This document shows positions 1 to 13,519 of a DNA stretch of 64,000 bases, piece after piece. The notes below the pieces were generated by a model. The model was not told where the DNA came from, did no database searches, and saw only the letters and a list, made by a program, of their open reading frames with translations. Each line of letters starts with the position of its first letter. Within the stretch, counting starts at the first letter, position 1. A program made the position numbers and the translations under genes. The DNA lies in NCBI GenBank assembly GCA_013265495.1, contig MU058636.1:2666001-2730000 (forward strand). Direction: 5' to 3'. Source of the stretch: Vicugna vicugna (lineage: Eukaryota).

Positions 1-2118
1 TTTAAAAAAATTAATAGATGTTATTTTTTTTAACAGATCTAGGCTTACAGAAAGTACAGATAGTTCCCATATGCCCCTTTACTCTTTGCCCCAGTTTACT
101 CTATTAAAAATAAGGTAAAACATCTTGTATTATTGTGATATATTGGTTACAACTGACAGATTATTATTAATTAAATTCAATAGTTTACATTAGGGCTCAC
201 TCTTTGTGTTGTATACTCTGTGGATCTGACAAATATATAATGACTTACACCCATCATTCCAATGTCATTCAGAGTAGTTGCACTGCCCTCAACCCCCCTG
301 TGCTCCAGCTCTTCACCCCTCCCCCCACACCTGACCGACTGGCTGGCAGCCACTCAGCTTTTTACTGTCTCCATAGGTTTGCTTTCTCCAGTCTGCCAAA
401 TGATTGAAATCATACAACATGTAACCTTTTTCAGATTGGCTTCTTTAAGTTAGGAATATGCACTGAAGTTTCCTCCATGTCTTTTTGTGGCTTAATAGCT
501 CATTTATTTTTTATTGCACAACACTATTCCATTATGTGGATATACCACAGTTTATCTGTTCACCTATTGAAGGACATCTTGGTTGCTTCCAGTTTCAGCA
601 GTTATGAATAATTTGTTTAAACATTCATGTTCAGGTTTTTGTGTAGACATAAGTTTTCAACTCATTTGGATAAGTGCCAAGGAACATAATTGCTGGATCG
701 TATGTTAAGAGTATGTTTAATTTTGTTAATAAAATATCAAATTGTCTTCCAAAGTGACTGTACCATTTTGCATTCTCACCAGCAATGAATGAGAGTTCCT
801 GTTGCTCCACATCCTCACTAGCATTTGGTGTTGTCAGTGTTTTGAGTTTTTTCCATTCCAATAGATACGAGGTATCTCGTTGTTTTAACTTGCAGTTCCC
901 TTATGTCATACAGTGTTGAACATTTTTTCATATGCTTATTTGCCATCTGTGTGTCTTCTTTGGTAAGGTGTCTATTCAGATCTCAGGCCCGTTTTTGAAT
1001 CAGGTTGTTTGTTCTCTTACTGTTGAGTTTTAAGAGTTCTTTGTGTATTTTGGATACCAGTACTTTATGAAATATGTATTTTCAAATATCTTCTCCCAAA
1101 CTGTGGCATGCTGTTTCATTCTATGAACATTATCTTTTATAGAGCATCAATTTTAAATTTTGATGAAAGCCAACTTATCAATTTTTTCTTTCATATATCT
1201 TGATTTTGGTGTTGTATCTAAAATGTCATTGCCACACCCAAGATCATCTAATTGTTATCTTTATCCCAAGTTAACTTCTAGGAGTTTATGGTTTTGCACT
1301 TTACATTTAGGTTTATGATCCATTTTGGATTAATTTTTGTGAAAGGTGAAAGGTCTGTGTCTGAATTTAGTGTTTTGCATGTGGATGTCCAATTGTTCTA
1401 GCACATTTTGCTGGAAAGCCTATCCTTTCTCCGATGAATTGCCCTTGCTCTTTGGTCAAAGATCAGATGACTATAAGCGTGTGGGTCTATTACTGGGGTC
1501 TGTGTTATATTCTCCAATACCACACTGTCTTGATGACTGTAGCATTATAGCAAGTCTTAAAGCAGGGTCATGTCAGTTCTCTCTTCTTCTCCTTTAATAT
1601 TAGGTTGCCTATTCTGGGTCTTTTGCCATTTCATATAAACTTTAAAATTGGTTTGTCAGTATCGATGATGTAACTTGCCGGGGTTTTTATTGGTATTACA
1701 TCAAATCTATAGATCAAGGAGAACTGGCATTTTGACAACATTGTCTTCCTATCCATGTTTATAGAATATCTCTCTATTTTTTTTTAGATCTTCTTTGATT
1801 TCTTTCACTGGTGTTTTGTAGTTTTCCTTGTATAGATCTTGTACATATTTTGTTAGATTTATACCAAAATATTTCACATTTGGAGGTGCTAACACAAATG
1901 GTACTGTTTTTCATTTAAAATTCCAGCTGATGGTATGTACTAAATTCACTGATGGTATGTACTAAAGCAATTGGCTTTTGAATATTAACGTTGTATCCTG
2001 CAACTTTGCCATAAGTGCCTATTCCAGGAGTTCCAGGAGTTTTTTTGTTGAGTCTCTGGGATTTTCCACGTTATCTATGAACAAAGACAGTTTCACCTTT
2101 TCCTTCCCAATCTCTATA
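1..2118 (-). mobile_element. Ancient L1 (L1MC/L1MD-like), 3' UTR plus degraded ORF2 3' part
   Basis: Typical reverse L1M 3' end at window start. Minus-strand peptides WYSHFGRQF...YDPAIMFLGTYPNELKTYVYTKT and IGKEKVKLSLF...ENPRDSTKKLLEL are L1 ORF2 remnants. Confidence 0.85.
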
Positions 2119-2460
2119 TTCACAGGCTGAGAATTTTCCCAGTCTTCAAGTTCTGATTCCTTTTGGCTTAAAAGTTCCTTCTTCAATTTCTGTCTCTCCT
2201 CCTGCATTTTACTATAAGCAGCAAAGAGAAACCAGGCCTCACCTTCAATAGTCTGCTTGGATATCACCTCAAACTAAATATCCAGGTTTGTCACTTACAA
2301 GTTCTACTTTCCACAAGACAGCAGGTCACAACTGAGCCAAGTTCTCTGCCACTTTTATAACAAGGGTCTGTTTTCCTCCAGTTTCCATATACACGTTCCT
2401 CATTTCCATCTGAGACCTACCAGAAGCACCTTTAACGTCCGTATTTCTAGCAACTGTTCC
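2119..2460 (-). mobile_element. ERVL-MaLR (MLT-type) internal-region fragment
   Basis: Minus-strand peptides ISKQTIEGEAWFLFAAYSKMQEERQKLKKELLSQKESELEDWENSQP and KVAENLAQL resemble the MaLR internal ORF. Confidence 0.75.
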
Positions 2461-2467
2461 AGCAAAA

Positions 2468-2690
2468 GCTGGTGAGTCTCTGATGAGACTGTTGCTCCTA
2501 AGGGCAGGCCTCGCTAAGATTCGCACGGGCTCTGGACTTACTTCAAAATGCCCACTATTCCCCTCCCTTTCCCGGAAGCACAAGGGACTTTTTTTCTGAT
2601 CTTCGCTGTAGAGACGTGGTCAGACTTCTGGACGTTAGACTCACAAAAGTGTGAGGGACCCCCTAAGACTGGGCCCAGTGGCCTTCTGCA
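2468..2690 (-). mobile_element. Ancient L1M 5'-region fragment
   Basis: gggactttttttctgatcttcgctgtagagac...actcacaaaagtgtgagggaccccctaagactgggccc resembles the reverse 5' region of L1MC-type elements. Confidence 0.55.
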
Positions 2691-2769
2691 GACGGAGTCC
2701 TCAGAGTGGATCAAAAGCCACCTAAAATGCTAACTGGTATATATTTGGCCAAATGTCCTTGTGGTGAAG

Positions 2770-4780
2770 TCACTCTGACGAGCAGGGATGAGTTTGCTCG
2801 TTTCCACACACCCTCACCAACACAGACTGTTGGCAGACTTGTATCTTCGCCAGTTGGGTAAGTAGGAAGTGATTATCTTATGGTTTTGCGTGCATTTTTT
2901 TTTTTTTACCACGAGTCTATCTTTTCATGTATATTGGTCCTTTGTATATTCATTCTTTTATTGACTACCTACATATATTTCACTTATTTCTCTATGTGGA
3001 TGTTCATCTTTTTCCCATTAACTTATAAAAACTTTATTTTAGGGTTAGTAAACCTTTTATCCGTCTTATATTCTAGAAATGTTTTTTCCACATGTAGGAA
3101 TTGTTTATATTTTTAACGTTATTTAAATTAAGATTTTTAAGTTTTTTTACCTTTTATAATAAATTAATTCTTGTTTAATATTTCTAACGAAGATTTCCCC
3201 CATTCCTGGAATATTCCGTTGTTTATTTTGATTTTGGAGTTGGATTTTGCTCAGCCATCTTTTCCTCTAGAAATCTTTGATTCACCTGGAATTTACTCGG
3301 TGGAAGGCTGGAGAATGCGGTCAAACAACTACCAGTTGTACAGACACTTAGGGAACAGCTCCCCCCACCTTTTTTTTAGCTGACTGTCACGCCACCTTGA
3401 TCGCCTGCAGGGATCTCCCCCTGGACTCTCCGTTGGTGGATTTGCTCGTTTCACACTGTGTAATCCTACAGCATTTACCTCTGGGCTTTATATAGCATTT
3501 ATCTCTGCTGGTGGTACAAACTCTTTAATGCTTCCTCTTCTGTTTCTCACACCCCCAGCTAGTCTCACAAATTCATTCTTCAAGGTGGCCTTTCGAATCA
3601 TTTTTTTCAAGGTCACCTCCCCACAAAATAGGAGGTAGTACTACTTCTTTTTATTATCGGTCTCACACATTTTCAGTAAGTTTGCATATACATTTTTTAT
3701 TGATTTGCAAATAATTTGAATGGGATCTTTTATGTTCTTCTGTAAGCTAATAAAGCTATTATTATTTATATTTTTAACTGGTCATTTGATTGAATGCTTA
3801 CTGATTACAATATTTTCAGTTGATTTTGGGGGGCATTTACTGGGTGTGTTGGTCATAATATGCTAACAAGAATGCAAATAATAATTATTTTTCATTTCTA
3901 ATATTTAAAACTTTGCTTTTATTCTCTTGTTTTCAATGCAGGTTTTAAATAATGTTAAATAATAATGGTGTTAATGAACACTCTTATCTCATTTTGGGCT
4001 TTGTTGGGAGTGATTCTACTGTTTTGTTAATCTTAGTGGTTCAGCTGATGGTGTGAAATTCATGCTTTTATCATTTTAGGGAATTATCTCTATTTCGTTT
4101 TTATTCAGTCTTTTTTTTCAATCAGGAATAGGTTTTGAATTTTGTCATTGTTTAAATCAATGATTGACAGATTCCTGTGATTTTTTTTTCCTTGATATGA
4201 TGATACAGTCAATTTTTAAAGTAGATTTTCTAATATTGAGGGTTTTTTCTCTGTACTCTGAAACTACTTAATTGGCATACTAGTTCTTTCTAAGTCACTC
4301 ATGAAGCCATCTTGGCCCAGAGCTTATTATAAATCAATAATTAGCAACTTTCTCACAGATTTCTTTGTTTTTTTGTCCTACTTAGGTGTTTCAGTTAATT
4401 TCTGTAACATATTTTCCTACCAAACTATCCACTGTCCCCAATTTCCTTTTCCATTGGTATACAGTGTGTCTCTGTCTCCCTCTCTTATATCCAATATTAT
4501 ATATTTACATATATTTTGACTAGCTAGAGGTTTGTATAATACTATGGAAGTTGTTTTTCTCAAAAAAAATCTCTTAATTCATTAATCTACCATGATTTCT
4601 TTTTCCTAATCTATTACTTTTTTTTTTAATCTTTCAATCAGTCTTATGTCCTTCATGGGCATATTTATTTGCATTTTTTATAACTTCTTCTTTTGAGTGT
4701 TCACTTTTTATTTTATTTTGTCGTAGCATAGAGGATATATTTTACTCTGAATTTATCTTTGACAGTATTCTGTAGGTTTT
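2770..4780 (-). mobile_element. Highly degraded ancient L1 (L1ME-like) fragments
   Basis: T-rich reverse L1 ORF2-like text (cacaccctcaccaacac..., ttaaataataatggtg...ctcttatctc, caatcaggaataggttttgaattttgtc). Confidence 0.5.
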
Positions 4781-7700
4781 ATTAAATAATTAGGATGAGA
4801 CTGGTGGTATTTGATTATGTTATTGTCTGAGACTACAAAGACACAAAATACTGACCTCCGTCAGTCACCTTTTCCCATAAGTTTCTCTGAGACTTGGGCC
4901 CCAGTATATAGAACCTAGAAAACTGGGGTGAACAGCATAACGCGTTTCATTTTTCCTAGCCAGAATAGACTGAAATAATTTCTGATAAATGGCAGTGGTG
5001 GGGCCTGTTCTAGTTTACTCCTTTCAGTGTGCAAACTCAAATTCAATACAACATTTAAAAAGTATAGTGCATGACCATCAGTATTATGAGACGTGGAAAC
5101 TGAGAGACCATTGAGCAGGAAAAGGCACATTAGCTCAAAATGCCCAGTGTCGGGCTGGTCCAAGCCCCAGCAACACCTACAGTGGAGGAAAAGAAAAGAG
5201 AAATAACTAGAAAAAACTAGAAATAACTAGATAGCTGTCTTCTCCCATGCAGGAACAGGTTCTGTGTTATCACCCCAGCTTTCTGAAAGGGGGGTGCAGA
5301 GCAGTCAGACCTGGGTCTGTTCGCAATTTTAGTCCCTAACAGATTTGTCCTTATCAGGGTCCTGGAATGTGACCAGTTGCCAATTCTCATTCTCTGTTGG
5401 GAAGGCCAGAAGAAAGGTAGAAAGACGACCATACACAAAAACAAACCTATTCCTGGAGGCTGTCTGTTTTCATTTGTGCTCTTTAAATTTTTGTTATTTT
5501 CTGCAGTTATGATTTTGATACCTTATTTGATCTGAGACTTGTTCAGAAGTTTTTAAAATTTCCAGCAAATCTGGTTTGCTTCTATTTTAGGTATTTATGT
5601 CAAGTTTTATAGAACTGTGAACATCGGAAGTGATTTCAAATGGTTTTTAATATTTTGGAATTGGTTGGCTGTGAGCTCATGTTTTGCGCAGTCGCTTTCC
5701 CAGGGCAGTCCTTTGTGCTTTGGGTCATGGAAGCATCCTCATAGATGATCCTATGTCTCTGACAGGGCCCAGGGCCTTGCATCAGTTCTGGGTCCATTTT
5801 ATGATCACTTCTCAGTCTGGGTTTCCCGTGCCCCGATATTCATCGCATTTCAGGCCAAGGAGGCCCCCGTCTCTCTGGGTGACTCTGCACCCAGGCCCCA
5901 GGCAGATGGAAAGCTTCCCTGCTACTTCTCTAGGCCAAAGGTGGAATTCTCTGGTCCATGCATGTCCTGATTTTCAGCAAATAGCTAAGTCTCCAGCTCC
6001 CTGTGGTCTGTGGTCCAGACTTGGTGCCCACAGGGCGGTCAGGACCGTGGACACTGAGGGAAAGCCCAGTGAGGCACTTGCCTTTGACTCCTACTTGCTT
6101 CTGTGACTTTGATTCCTTCTTGACTTTTTATAGCTGGAAAGCTATTTCCCTTTCTTGATTTCAGCTCAACTATGTCATTAAGATTTATTTTGCTCTATTT
6201 TATCTAGAATTTTTGCATGAGAAGCAGAGGGGCAGAGGTAGAAGAAGGTCCCTGTGTGCCGGTCCTGTGCACACCTTTGCCTGGGGGTCTGGAGTGATAA
6301 TTTCTCTTGTTCTGTGGGTAGTGGTGCAGCTTGTGACCTCAGTTTACATACAGTTATATGGCCTGTACATAACCTGTCTCCTTCCTCTGTTAATTCACTT
6401 CAGTTCCACTCAGCAAATGTTTACTGAGAATCTATTACAAGGCAGTTGGGTGCCTTGTAACAGATTGGGTGCTGTACCAGAAGTGGTCTGACTGCCAGTG
6501 ATTCATGGTCCAGTGGGTGGGACAGACAGACAGAGCACAGAATGGATAGAGACTGCATTTCCTTCGGTGGTGCTCAGGTACCTCAGGGGCCAGGACAGTA
6601 TGGGATTCTAGGGCATAGAACTCACCAGAATGGACAGATGTGGATGCGGTCCAACAGGTTCTTGAGTTAGGAGAGGCTCATAGACGTCTTTGAAAATCTG
6701 GGGACAAAAATATCTATGGGTCTTTTTCTCAGGAAAATACTCATTCGTTTGGCACCTGGTTTCTGGATGCCAGGAGCCCCTCTGTAGGCCTCCTAGAGGT
6801 AGAAGCTGCTGAAGTCAATGTAGGATAAACCTGTTCAGGCCCCCCTGCAAGTCCTTCTGGAAAGAGAAGTAATTTTGTTTCCACCTCACCGTCAGGAAGC
6901 AGACACCATGGTTGTCATGAGGACTGCAGTGAACGTGGCCCGTGTTTCATCAGGATATGTTGTATTACTCCTGGCGCCGTCTGATACGGTCATTGGCATT
7001 ATCGCTAACAAACTATAGAGGTGTTTGAAAGCTCGGTGCCCCCACGGGCGAGTGTGCTGACAACTCTGGCCTAATTAGCCGTCTCCTAACTGTAAGACGC
7101 CTGGCACATAAAATCCCGACATCCTGATGTGACTGGGTAGCAGTCGTCAGCAGACTTACTGCTGTTGTCGTGTTGATGGAAAGACTCTTAGCATGATGTC
7201 GAATATCTAATCTTGGTTTGCAAAGTCGAGGACACTTCCTCCTGCTTTGGCTATTTTTTTAGTCGCCTCTGCAAGGCAAGAATCACAATCATAATGCTAA
7301 AAAAATGAGCTTTTGTCAGTATAAGGGAAAATTAAATCAAATATTATTTTTTCTTTAATGGGGTTCTCCACGCACTATAAAAATGTCCCTGCGTTATCAT
7401 CAGTAGGTGGTTTGGCTCTGGGTGATCTTGTCTGATTAGAATCCCTGAGTGGTGGGGTTCTGATTGTGGGATGAACGTCCTCAGCAAACAAAGGCAATTT
7501 TTGTCTTTCTTAGGATTTGACCTGATGAAGGGTAATTTCTGTGAACCGCGTTTGTTTTTATCTCAACTCTTTCGTTTTACCTCTGATTTGCTTTCTTTTT
7601 TTAAGAGTCTGTTGGTGTGACAGTTTTGTGAAAACTTTGTACATAAAACCCAATCTTACAGAAAAGAACAACTATAGTTCTAAATGACAAAAGATGCCTC

Positions 7701-8724
7701 ATTCTTTCATTCTCTCTCCTTCCTAGTGTCTTTAAAGATAATATGTATTTGTTTTTATATTATAATTATGGACAGAGGAGAAAAGAAAAAGTTTAAATGT
7801 ATTTTAAATTTAGCATAAATCAAATGCTGGTTCCTCTAATCTGAAATTACACAGAAGAGAAGACCTTTGAACAAGTGGAATATGGGTTAGAATATCTAGA
7901 AGCTGTTTGCGTCTCTGACCTTGCCACTTTCTGTGTGACCTAGAGCAACCCTTCAGTCTGTCAGTTTCTCTTTTCTCATCTATAAAATTGACATATTTCT
8001 AGAGTGACTTTAAATGAAAATCAAATGCCTGCCGCAGTATAGGAACCTCCCCTGCCAACCACCTTAATCTCTTCCATTCTTAGCAGTTATCTCATTGGTA
8101 AAGCTGTATTAGTTTGTTGTTTACTTGTGTGTTGCCTTGTAACTTCAGAGGGAGAGGGATTTGCAAGCCCGGTACTCGGCACAGTGCCTGGCATATACCA
8201 GCAACCCTCTGGTCTTCCCAGGGTCACAGCCCCTTGAAAGCCTCTTCTGATCTGCCTCCCTCCCGATGGGCAGAACTGACATTTTAGTCTCTCTTCAAAT
8301 GCCCACCTACCCAGCACATGTTTCTAGAAAAGGCACATTACATTGAGTTGCGTTCATTTTGTTTAAGTCTCTCTCTTCCTGCACGTCATTTAGCCTCTCT
8401 AGGACAAGGACCCTTTCTTATTCATCTTCATATCTCTGGCTTCTCAGATGGTGCCTAGTATACAATAGACGCTAAATTTTTAAGTGGGTAAAAAAACATT
8501 AAAATTGTGGGTACTGGCCTAGTGCATTAGGTGAAGTGACTTATTCTCTAGCACTCTGTCCTGTTAACCCCAGAGACTAGCCCGCTTCCAGGTCGGCAGG
8601 GGGTTTGTTGGTCTGAGAGGTGTGCTGTGGTTGGGCTACGTCTTTATTGCCTCACTTGTAACTGGCCCGTTTCACGTCTGCTTACCCCAGTGTCCCATTT
8701 AGTTTATTTTTTTGAGCTTTTAAA

Positions 8725-9433
8725 AAAATTGTTTTTAATATATTTTTATTGAAGTATAAGTCAGTTTACAATGTTGTGTCAATTTCTGGTGTACAGCGCA
8801 ATAGTTCAGTCACATAGGAACATACATATGTTCATTTTCATATACTTTTTCACCATAAGTTACTAAAAGATATTGAACAGAGTTCCCTGTGCTGTACAGT
8901 ATAAACTTGTTGTTTATCTATTTTAATATATATTAGTATTTGCAAATTTCAAACTCCCAATTTATCCCTTCCCACCTCCTCCCCCCACCCCCGGTAACCA
9001 TAAGTTTGTTTTCTATGTCTGTGAGTCTGTTTCTGTTTTGTAAATAAGTTCATTTGTCTTTTTTTTTTTTATAGATTTCACGTATAAGTGATACCATATG
9101 GCATTTTTCTTTCTCTTTCTGGCTTACTTCACTTAGAATGACAGTCTCCAGGTCCATCCATGTTGCTGCAAATGGCATTATTTTATTATTTTTATGACCG
9201 AGTAGTATTCCATTGTATAAATATACCACAACTTCTTTATCCGGTCATCTGTCAATGGACATTTAGGTTGTTTCCATGTCTTGACTACTGAAAACAGTGC
9301 TGCTATGAACATTGGGGTGCATGTATCTTTTGGAATTAAGGTTCCCTCTGGGTCTATGCCCAGGAGTGGGATTGCTGGATCATATGGTAAGTCTATTTAT
9401 TCTTTTGAGAAATCTGCGTACTGTTTTCCATAA
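8725..9433 (-). mobile_element. Young 5'-truncated camelid-type L1 (3' UTR plus end of ORF2)
   Basis: tttttattgaagtataagtcagtttacaatgttgtgtcaatttctggtgtacagc ... ccatccatgttgctgcaaatggc ... gggattgctggatcatatgg; same family as the other young L1 ends here. Confidence 0.9.
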
Positions 9434-10549
9434 CGAAGATATTTAAGTTGAAATGTTTGGATTTCATTGTGGTGACATTGGCCCTTCCAGTTCTGCTCCG
9501 ACCAGGGAACATTTCATTCTGTCACCAAAATCCCAAAGAATGTGGTTGTAGGGTTTTGGATAGGAGTGTTAATGAGCTTCGACATCGGCGTACCTTCCTA
9601 ATGGCCTCGGAACAGCTATTGATGACGGCTGCTCAGAACAGTCTGCATCTCGTGTACTTGAAAATGAAGAGTAGCTCCATTGTCTTAATCCATCTTTGGA
9701 AATTACGCCATCGTTCTCTCTCCTGCATGGCTGAGTTTTCTGTCTTGGATCATCTCTGAGTGCCACTCCCCCGGGAAGCGCTGCTCGCGGAGGGAGAGAA
9801 TGAAGACATTAGTGTCACTGCGGCATGAAGGACCTCACTTTCCTCTCCTCTTCCTTGCTCTCACAGACGGGAGGGAGTGATTTTGACTGTAGGCTTTCAG
9901 AAATTTCAGTTTAAATTTAGTTTAAATACATCGAATCAATTTGAAAAGATATTGATCAGTGTTGTCATGGCTAGCCCCTTCTTGGGATAAACTGTGAGTT
10001 TAATATATGTTGGAAAATTTCTTAAGTACCAAGAATTTCCAGTGTTTTACTGCCTATAAATTCCCGTTTTAACACCAATGTGTGGAAAGAAAATATTCTT
10101 CAGTGCTCAAAAGCCATGAGAGGCCCAGAGATCTGAGCAGACGGTCCCCACTGACCGAGCTTCAAGCCCAGGGCAACACAGATGGTGTCACCGTGTCACT
10201 CAGGCTGTGTCTTCCTCAGACATTCAGTCACCGGCTCTTCAACTTCATAAAATCATCCCTCTTTGCAGTGACAGTTCAAAGTGAAGGAAAAGAAGAAAGT
10301 GACTAGATGATGAGTTTGAATTTCAAGCTGTGAGTGGGGCTGCGGTGGAAATTACAGAGGGAACACGGCTCTTCTGGCCAAGTTTGTATGAACATTATTC
10401 GGTGTGAAATTAAGACCCAAGTTCTGTACTGACTCAGGTGAGTCTCTTAATACCGCTCATCCTTGACATCCCCGCCTTGAACCTGGGCTGGTCGGCCTCC
10501 CGTCTGGGGTGTTAGGAGGGCGTTTTTGCTCACGTTTGCTGGCTTGTTT

Positions 10550-11066
10550 GTTTTTAATTGTGGAAGAAATCTCCATAACACAAAACTTACCATCTTCGCC
10601 TTTTTTAAGTGTACAATTCAGCCGAATGAAGTACATGCACATTGGTCTCCCACCGCCATACATCTCCGGAATGTTTTTATCTTCCCAAACTGAAACTCCA
10701 TTCAACAATAACCCCCATTTCCAGCCCTGGGGAACCGTCAAGGTTTCTACTTTCACTCTCAGTGCATTTGACTTTTCCAGATACTTCAGAGAAGTAGAAT
10801 TATAAACTCCTTGTTCTTTTGTGTCTGACTTACTTCACTTAGCATGATGATTTCAGGGTTCATCCATGCTGTGGCATGTATCAAATTTTCTAACTTTTTA
10901 TGGCTGAATAATATCGCATTGTATGCATAGGCCCTATCTTGTTTATCCATTCATCTGCCCATGGACATTTGGGATGTTTGCACGTTTTGGTTATGAGGAG
11001 TAAGACTGCTGTGAACATGGGTGTACAGGTATCCGGATAGTTCCCTGCTTTTCATTCTTTGAGTAT
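10550..11066 (-). mobile_element. Old L1 3' end (L1MB-like)
   Basis: ttttaattgtgg...cataacacaaaacttaccatc...taagtgtacaattcag...ttcacttagcatgatgatttcagggttcatccatgctgtggcatgtatc. Confidence 0.8.
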
Positions 11067-13519
11067 TAGTAGGTGAGCCAGGCTCTGGGAAAAAATAAAA
11101 AGAGAGAGCAAGTCGGGATGTTGGGCAGTGATGATATTGGGGGATTGGGTTCTAATTGTGGATAATTTTAAGTGTTGTTACGTTTAATGTCTTCCTTGCT
11201 AAATGTTTTGTTCTACTGGGGCTTTCAGAGTGTGGTCTTCCCTGGGCACAGAAGAGGGTCTGTTGAATGAGATGAATGAATAAATGAGTGAATGAGTAAG
11301 CGAATGAACAAAGAGACACGAAGACACTGACAGAATGTCCTGGATCTGGACCCAGGCAACGGCATGGGAATGGAAGGGTGGATTTAAGACATGCTTTATG
11401 CAAGAGCAGACAGCGGTGTTTAGCTACCCAGTTGACTAGACGTGTCCTGGTGCAGCGCAGTGGTGCGTCTTCCCAGCCTGGGGGTTTCTTATTTGGAAGA
11501 TCAGTGCCATGTGACCCGCAGCTGCTGCTTTGGGGCAGCTCGATGTGTCCAAAGCACTTAGCCCGCTCGGGGTTTCGTTGCATAGCAGTGTGGTCTCCCT
11601 TCTGAGAAACAGACCTTCAGGTCACTCAAGGAAGAATTTTCAAATCCCACCTCAGTTTAAAAGTAAGCGCCTCTTCCCTCTCCTGACCTTCTAATCCATT
11701 TAGCTTTCTCTGTGTGCATCAGTGAGTCCTTCCTTGTGACAAGAAAAGAGAGTAGCACTTCACAGAGATATGAAAACACTGTCAGCTCACGTTACCTCCA
11801 CCCCGTCTCATTCTGCATGTTCCCAACTTTTCGTACTGTTGATCTGGAAATACAGAACTGCCAGCCAAGCTAGTAATCGAACTCTGCAACCATGGACCAC
11901 TTGTTCCCTTGCTTTCTCTCTCTCTCTCTCCCCCTGTCCAGTAGTTTCTAAGTTACAGTACCCATGCCACCACTAAAAAATGCTTTATTCACAAAATTGC
12001 TGACTTGGATTAAATGTGCCCCATGACTTTTTTTTCCTGAAAGATGCCAAGTTCTGAGCATCCCCAAGCTTACCAGCAAAATGATTTTTGCCCATGGTGC
12101 ACCCTGGCATCAGCACAAAGTCACTCCCAGGTGAACACTTCCTGGCTGCAGCCACGGGGATCGCACCCCACATAGCGGAGCAGGCGTAAGGAGAAGTGGC
12201 CAAGGGAGCGCATCTGTCTGATGCCAAGCGTCTAAGCCACGTCGAGGTGGAAGGATCCAGATGAGGGTAGGGCAAGCAAGGCGGAGAAGCCTGGGACTTT
12301 GTTTTTGAGACTAAAACTGGGGCTTTTCCATTTCAGACAAGCTTAAGTGAGGCTTTCCTCCTCTGTTGGTTGAGTTTCTATTCGGATTGCTTTCAGCACC
12401 CACCCCCGCCCCCACCAAGTCCATTTAGCAAATTGTCGACATCCCCGAATTGAAATTACACCGAATAAAGGAATCACCATATTCAATATGGTTCCGAATT
12501 TCTTTGGGCTCATTGAGGGGCATTGTTCTTTGATGATTTTACATTTATCTAGAAAATACAGTCAGACTCAGTAACATCGTAGGAAATACACAGATTAAAG
12601 GTTTCTCTAAGGACCAAACTTGTAAAAGCCTAGGATCGACCCTTTGGGATTTGAAGGCGACAAGAGCCCAGGGTTCTGTGGATCGGGACTCCTCACTCCT
12701 GTGTGAGGCAGAGCTGCCTGTCTGCTGCCAGCCAGAGCCGGCGGGCGGCGGGGGGGGGCGCGGGCGAGCAGGGGTGGCAACTCCAGATGCAGGGAGAGTG
12801 ATTTCTAGGCAATGGATCGTAGCCCAGAGGCTGAACAGCTGGGGCTTCAGAAACAGCCTTCAGTTTCCGGGCAGGCTGTGCTGAAGTGTTGGAAGAACTT
12901 GGACTCCGGAGTCAGAGACGCAAATTTGAATGCTGACTCTGCGTTTACTGCCTTTTCCTGATTCAAATGACTCAGCCTTAATTTCTGCTTTTGCAAAATG
13001 AACAGAAGACTGCACAGATGAAATGAGCTCATCTCTGTAGGTGCCAGTATTTGTCAGGTATTAGCTGTTAGGCCAAGACATCGTGTCCTGGGCCAGCTCC
13101 TCAGGGAGGCACTGAAGTCGGTGCCGACTCCTGCCGGGAGGCTGGGGAGGCTGGGCCCAGCGCTGACTGTTCAGGGCGGGGAGGGCCGCGGTGGGGGGCG
13201 CCGGCCAAGCCGGGACAGAGCAGTGAGGAAGGCAGAACACCAACGGGCGGAAGAGGGCGGGATCTTTTATTGTCATGACTGTATTTCCACGTTCTAAGTC
13301 TCTTTAGGGTCTGCAAATGTGTATGGCTTTGAGATCAGTTGTCCACAGAATAGACCGTTCCTTTACTTGCTAAAAACAGAGAAGAAAAGAAAAGAAGCTT
13401 TAATTCAGGTGTTTCAAGATGTTTGACACTTTGCAAAAAACAAACAGCATCTCTGCTACTGAGGGACCATTAAGTTATTTGTAATTGCCCTGATTTGTTC
13501 CACTCTTAATTGATCCTAA

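Noticed and set aside
1927..1966. Direct repeat ctgatggtatgtactaaa x2 (22-bp period)
   Set aside because: Local tandem duplication inside an old L1; not an array.
5199..5232. (aaataactag)-like triple repeat
   Set aside because: Short slippage duplication with no further structure.
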